A stretch of 64,000 nucleotides of DNA from NCBI GenBank assembly GCA_051294905.1, contig CM119373.1, positions 36,704,001-36,768,000 of the forward strand, read 5' to 3'. The DNA is from Botryllus schlosseri. Lineage: Eukaryota. A program made the position numbers and the translations under genes. Positions 60,651 through 64,000 of the stretch are shown one piece after another. The notes under the pieces are model-generated. The model saw only the letters and a list, made by a program, of their open reading frames with translations. It searched no databases and was not told where the DNA came from. Each line of letters begins with the position of its first letter. Within the stretch, counting starts at the first letter, position 1.

Positions 60651-62023
60651 CAGGGGCGTAGCCAGCCGAAAAAAAACGGGGGATATTTATTAAAACGGGG
60701 GATATTTTTTGAGAAGATGATATTCGTTATGCTAACTACTTTATTGCGGTTTAATAAACACAAATGCCGATACAACAAGGGTAAGATAATCTCGTTTGTG
60801 TTTACGTCTTTATACACATGAACAATTGCCAGTTATCTTAAAATATAGATCTATTATGCGCAGTCGCATGCTACAGTAACAAACGGAAGGCGCTTTTGCC
60901 TTGCGCGCGGATTTTGATAGTAGTAAACAAATTTCGATGACAGCAAGGTATCTTGACCTTAATTACCAAAGCGAGGATGTAATCACGAAAGTGCGCGCAG
61001 ATCATATTACAGCACAGTGGAAGATCTCTCCATTTTGCGCTCAAAGACGAACACTCGAACAGTGAAGACACTCAAATGAATTATAGTCTGTTGCCGTTTG
61101 ATACAAACAATCTGGATTAATTTTGTTTTAAATCAATCTGATTTTTACTGTCTGCCAAGATGGTGTAGTATTTTTGGTGTGTAGAGATGGTAAAGACTAA
61201 TTACCGCTCGAGCTTGTGCGATTGCATCACGTGAATAACAGTGGCCTGGCGCAGGCTTAGGCTCGCGATCAAAATGCATTCCTAAACGCGTTTGCGGTGT
61301 AGAAGTGACAATTGCGAATTGTCGAGGCCAAGACTATAACTTCTGGTCATCACAAAAGCACATCGAGTAGCACTATCACGCGCCGCGAGTCACAGAGCGG
61401 CCCCAATTTTCCTAGCCTCCAATGTTTTACTACTGGCAAAGCGCGTTATAACAGGACAGTCAGCAGATGCGCCAGAGGCCTGAGACACGAAACGGCTGGA
61501 GATCTGAAAACCCACACGCAACAACCGAACTAAATGATCGCAAATTGGATCAATACATAATAGATTCCATACAGAACATCTGATTAGTACGATCTGTTTT
61601 GGTACTGTAGGGATCCGCTATCTCTAATGATACAAGCCTAGCGCGCATGTTCTAAACGTTTGTTGACAATAGACTGTCAAGCACGAAAACCAACTCGCGC
61701 GGTATCGAAATTTCAATGCGACTTCTGGTTCTGTAACTGGATAATATCGTTCAGATGAGACGGGAGAGCCATGTGAGATGCGTTTTTCGGGCTTCCGTAG
61801 ACGAGAGAACAATATGAGAAAAAGGCATTACCGCAACTGCATTGTCTGAATGACGGATGGCGTGATGATGCCGCGCGGCAATTAGGGGATTATCGAATTA
61901 GAACAAGAAATATTAGATCAATGGAAATATATGTAAGACGGGGGGAGAGGGGGTATTTCGAGCTTGGAAACGGGGGGTATCGGACACCGATTACCCCCCC
62001 CCCCCCCCCCGTCTACGCCACTG
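60651..62023. mobile_element. Non-autonomous hAT element inserted into a Charlie-like MITE
   Basis: Ends CAGGGGCGTAG / CTACGCCACTG; TSD CCAGTGGA at 60643-60650 and 62024-62031; the host begins CAGTGTTTCTCGACCTTTT at ~60589. Confidence 0.9.
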
Positions 62024-62284
62024 CCAGTGGACCCTTACAGTTTTAGTTCAAAGTTAGCTCTATTATCGTGCAGCCGTCATCGATCTTGTGCAAATATCAA
62101 CTGCAGGCTAGTGATGGACATCAACAAAATGACCACACTTGATAATAACATCAAAGCCTACTATTTGTGTGGAAATTGGGAAGATTTCTATTGTTTCAAA
62201 GCGAGTTTCTTGAAATATGCGGTCATGTTTAAAAAATCCGCGCCGTCTATTTGATATGAGAAACTGATTTTAGTGAACATATAA

Positions 62285-62358
62285 CGTCCAGCTTCTTCGA
62301 GGTATAGAGCTTCAATATAAAATTGAATAGTATGTTAATATTGAAATGAACCCGAATA
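62285..62358 (-). mobile_element. 3' block of the hammerhead-bearing repeat (copy F)
   Basis: Reverse complement TATTCGGGTTCATTTCAATAT...ATATTGAAGCTCTATACCTCGAAGAAGCT; supports UUC^GGGU as the ancestral cleavage and stem I sequence. Confidence 0.55.
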
Positions 62359-62413
62359 GTCCCGCATAGTCATTTCTGCCTAGCAGCTCATCTTGAAGTT
62401 ATCTGGAATAGTA

Positions 62414-63250
62414 CCGTAATTTTCCATGTATAATGCGCAAAATTTTACCGATTTTTTGCCCTAAAATAGGGGGTGCGTATTATACATGGGTACAGCAAGC
62501 CTTGAAAAAAATCCCTGGATCAAAAACTTGAAATCACTCATTTCTTCATGTTTGTTTAAATCGCGCATCACCTCTAGCCATTGGGGCCCGTAATTCGTAT
62601 TATAGAGTGTAACGCGCTGCCAAATAGAGAAGCGTATTGCCAATTAACGAAAAGCGTGTTTCAAATTAACGAGAGTCGTCTGCAAAGCACGCGATCTCTT
62701 GCTGAGTTGGTTTGCAGTTAGTACGCGAGCGAAATCAGGTCGCTGATTGCTACAAGCGTGCGCGGCAATCCTGGTTGATTCATCGCGGCAACGACAGGCA
62801 TTAAAAATCGCATACACAAGAGGCCATGTGCGCAAAATATAATTGCTTGCGTAATCAGTCGCATCTCCAACAGGACAAGTGCGCCCGACATAACCGTTGG
62901 CCTGAGCAATCGCATCTGTAAATGTAATAGGCGTCGTGCGCAAGATGTCGTGTGTCGCTAGCTTGAGCTATTGCGTCGCCGACCTCACAGGCTTTGGGCT
63001 ACTATCCACTCTCGTTTAGAGACAATGCCGTTAATTTTATTATGATTAGCGATCATTATGTCATGATTGTTTGACAGTGACATCGCAAAACAGAACAACA
63101 TCGTGTACTAAACCGCAACTATTCATGTACTGATGTACTGCGAATGCATGGTGCGTACTATACATGGGAACAGGCTTTTTCCCAGAATATACAAGTCATT
63201 TTAAGGGTGCGTATTATAGAGGGGGGCGCACTATACTCGGAAAATTACGG
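62414..63250. mobile_element. Tc1/mariner (pogo/Tc2-like) MITE with TA TSD
   Basis: TA|CCGTAATTTTCC ... GGAAAATTACGG|TA; subterminal TGCGTATTATA motifs. Confidence 0.8.
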
Positions 63251-63844
63251 TAGCTATGTACAGTACATCACATAAGAAAATGGATTTTTGCCAACAAATT
63301 TTTCCAAAAGCCATAACAAAACATCTTTGAACTTGAACAGCAATATGTTAGCATCAGTAGGCTATTGGCAATTCCGCAATTAAAATGAGTTTGCACAGTA
63401 CAATATTTCATCTCAGACGGTCATTCTGTTTACGCGAGTTGTGAAGTTTTAGCAGTTATGAAGCAATGCTGCATCGTGATTTCTCTGATTAAAAAAAAAA
63501 TAGGTTATAATCCATTTTGCAAATTTGGAGGTTTCGCGGACCCCTTGAAAACGCTTCCTCGGACCCCCGGTTGAAAACTACACTGCATTGGAGATTCATA
63601 GTAACTGGCGACATGAAGCTTTCCATGCGGTGCGCTTGCACAATCTAGTTTTGGCAGGCGCAGGGTAACTTTGATCCAAAGCAAATAGAAGTCTTGATCT
63701 ACATCAGCGGTTCTCTTCCGAGGGTCAGCGAAGCATTTTCAGCGGGTCCGCGAAGTCTCTAAACTTGCAAAATGATTGATTATTACAAGGCAGTTTCAGA
63801 ATGGCACTATGAGATGAAATATCGTACTGTGCAAACTCATTTTA

Positions 63845-64000
63845 CCGTAATTTTCCATGTGTAATGCGCAAAATTTTCCCGATTTTTTGTCCTAAATCGG
63901 GGGTGCGTACTTCGCATGGGTACAACAAGCCTTGAAAAAGATCTCCCTCGAAATATAACGTGAAATCACACCTTTCTTCAGGTTTGTTTTAATCGCTCAT
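63845..64000 (+). mobile_element. Second copy of the TA-TSD MITE, runs off the window
   Basis: TA|CCGTAATTTTCCATGTGTAATGCGCAAAATTTT aligns with 62414-62570. Confidence 0.8.

Overview
This is 64 kb of AT-rich, repeat-dense animal genomic DNA. A marine invertebrate such as a tunicate is plausible, but the species cannot be established from the sequence. Three protein-coding genes are supported. MOB1 (+) has two coding exons (34264-34518, 41084-41500) and one 6.6-kb phase-0 GT-AG intron. A kelch-repeat gene of KLHDC1/2 type (-) has an intronless 429-aa CDS. A 21-finger C2H2 zinc-finger ORF (-) has non-canonical linkers, a 4-finger higher-order repeat and decayed out-of-frame fingers beyond both ends. 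The rest is mostly non-autonomous DNA transposons (ten with readable 8-bp target-site duplications), foldback elements, tRNA-derived SINEs and decayed LINE/THAP remnants. Two observations stand out. First, a dispersed ~250-bp repeat family carries a minimal type I hammerhead ribozyme (CUGAYGA-G-UGUCAGC-C-GAAA-AUAU-UC) whose loop II is complementary to a 7-nt 5' extension, giving either a pseudoknot or a self-inhibiting hairpin; it looks like a Penelope-like pLTR or retrozyme. Second, two unrelated 8-bp-TSD transposons carry the same telomere-like GGATATTAGGGTT minisatellite, one of them as a TTAGGG/CCCTAA head-to-head palindrome. All calls were made by eye: boundaries backed by TSDs or splice sites are base-exact, the rest approximate.
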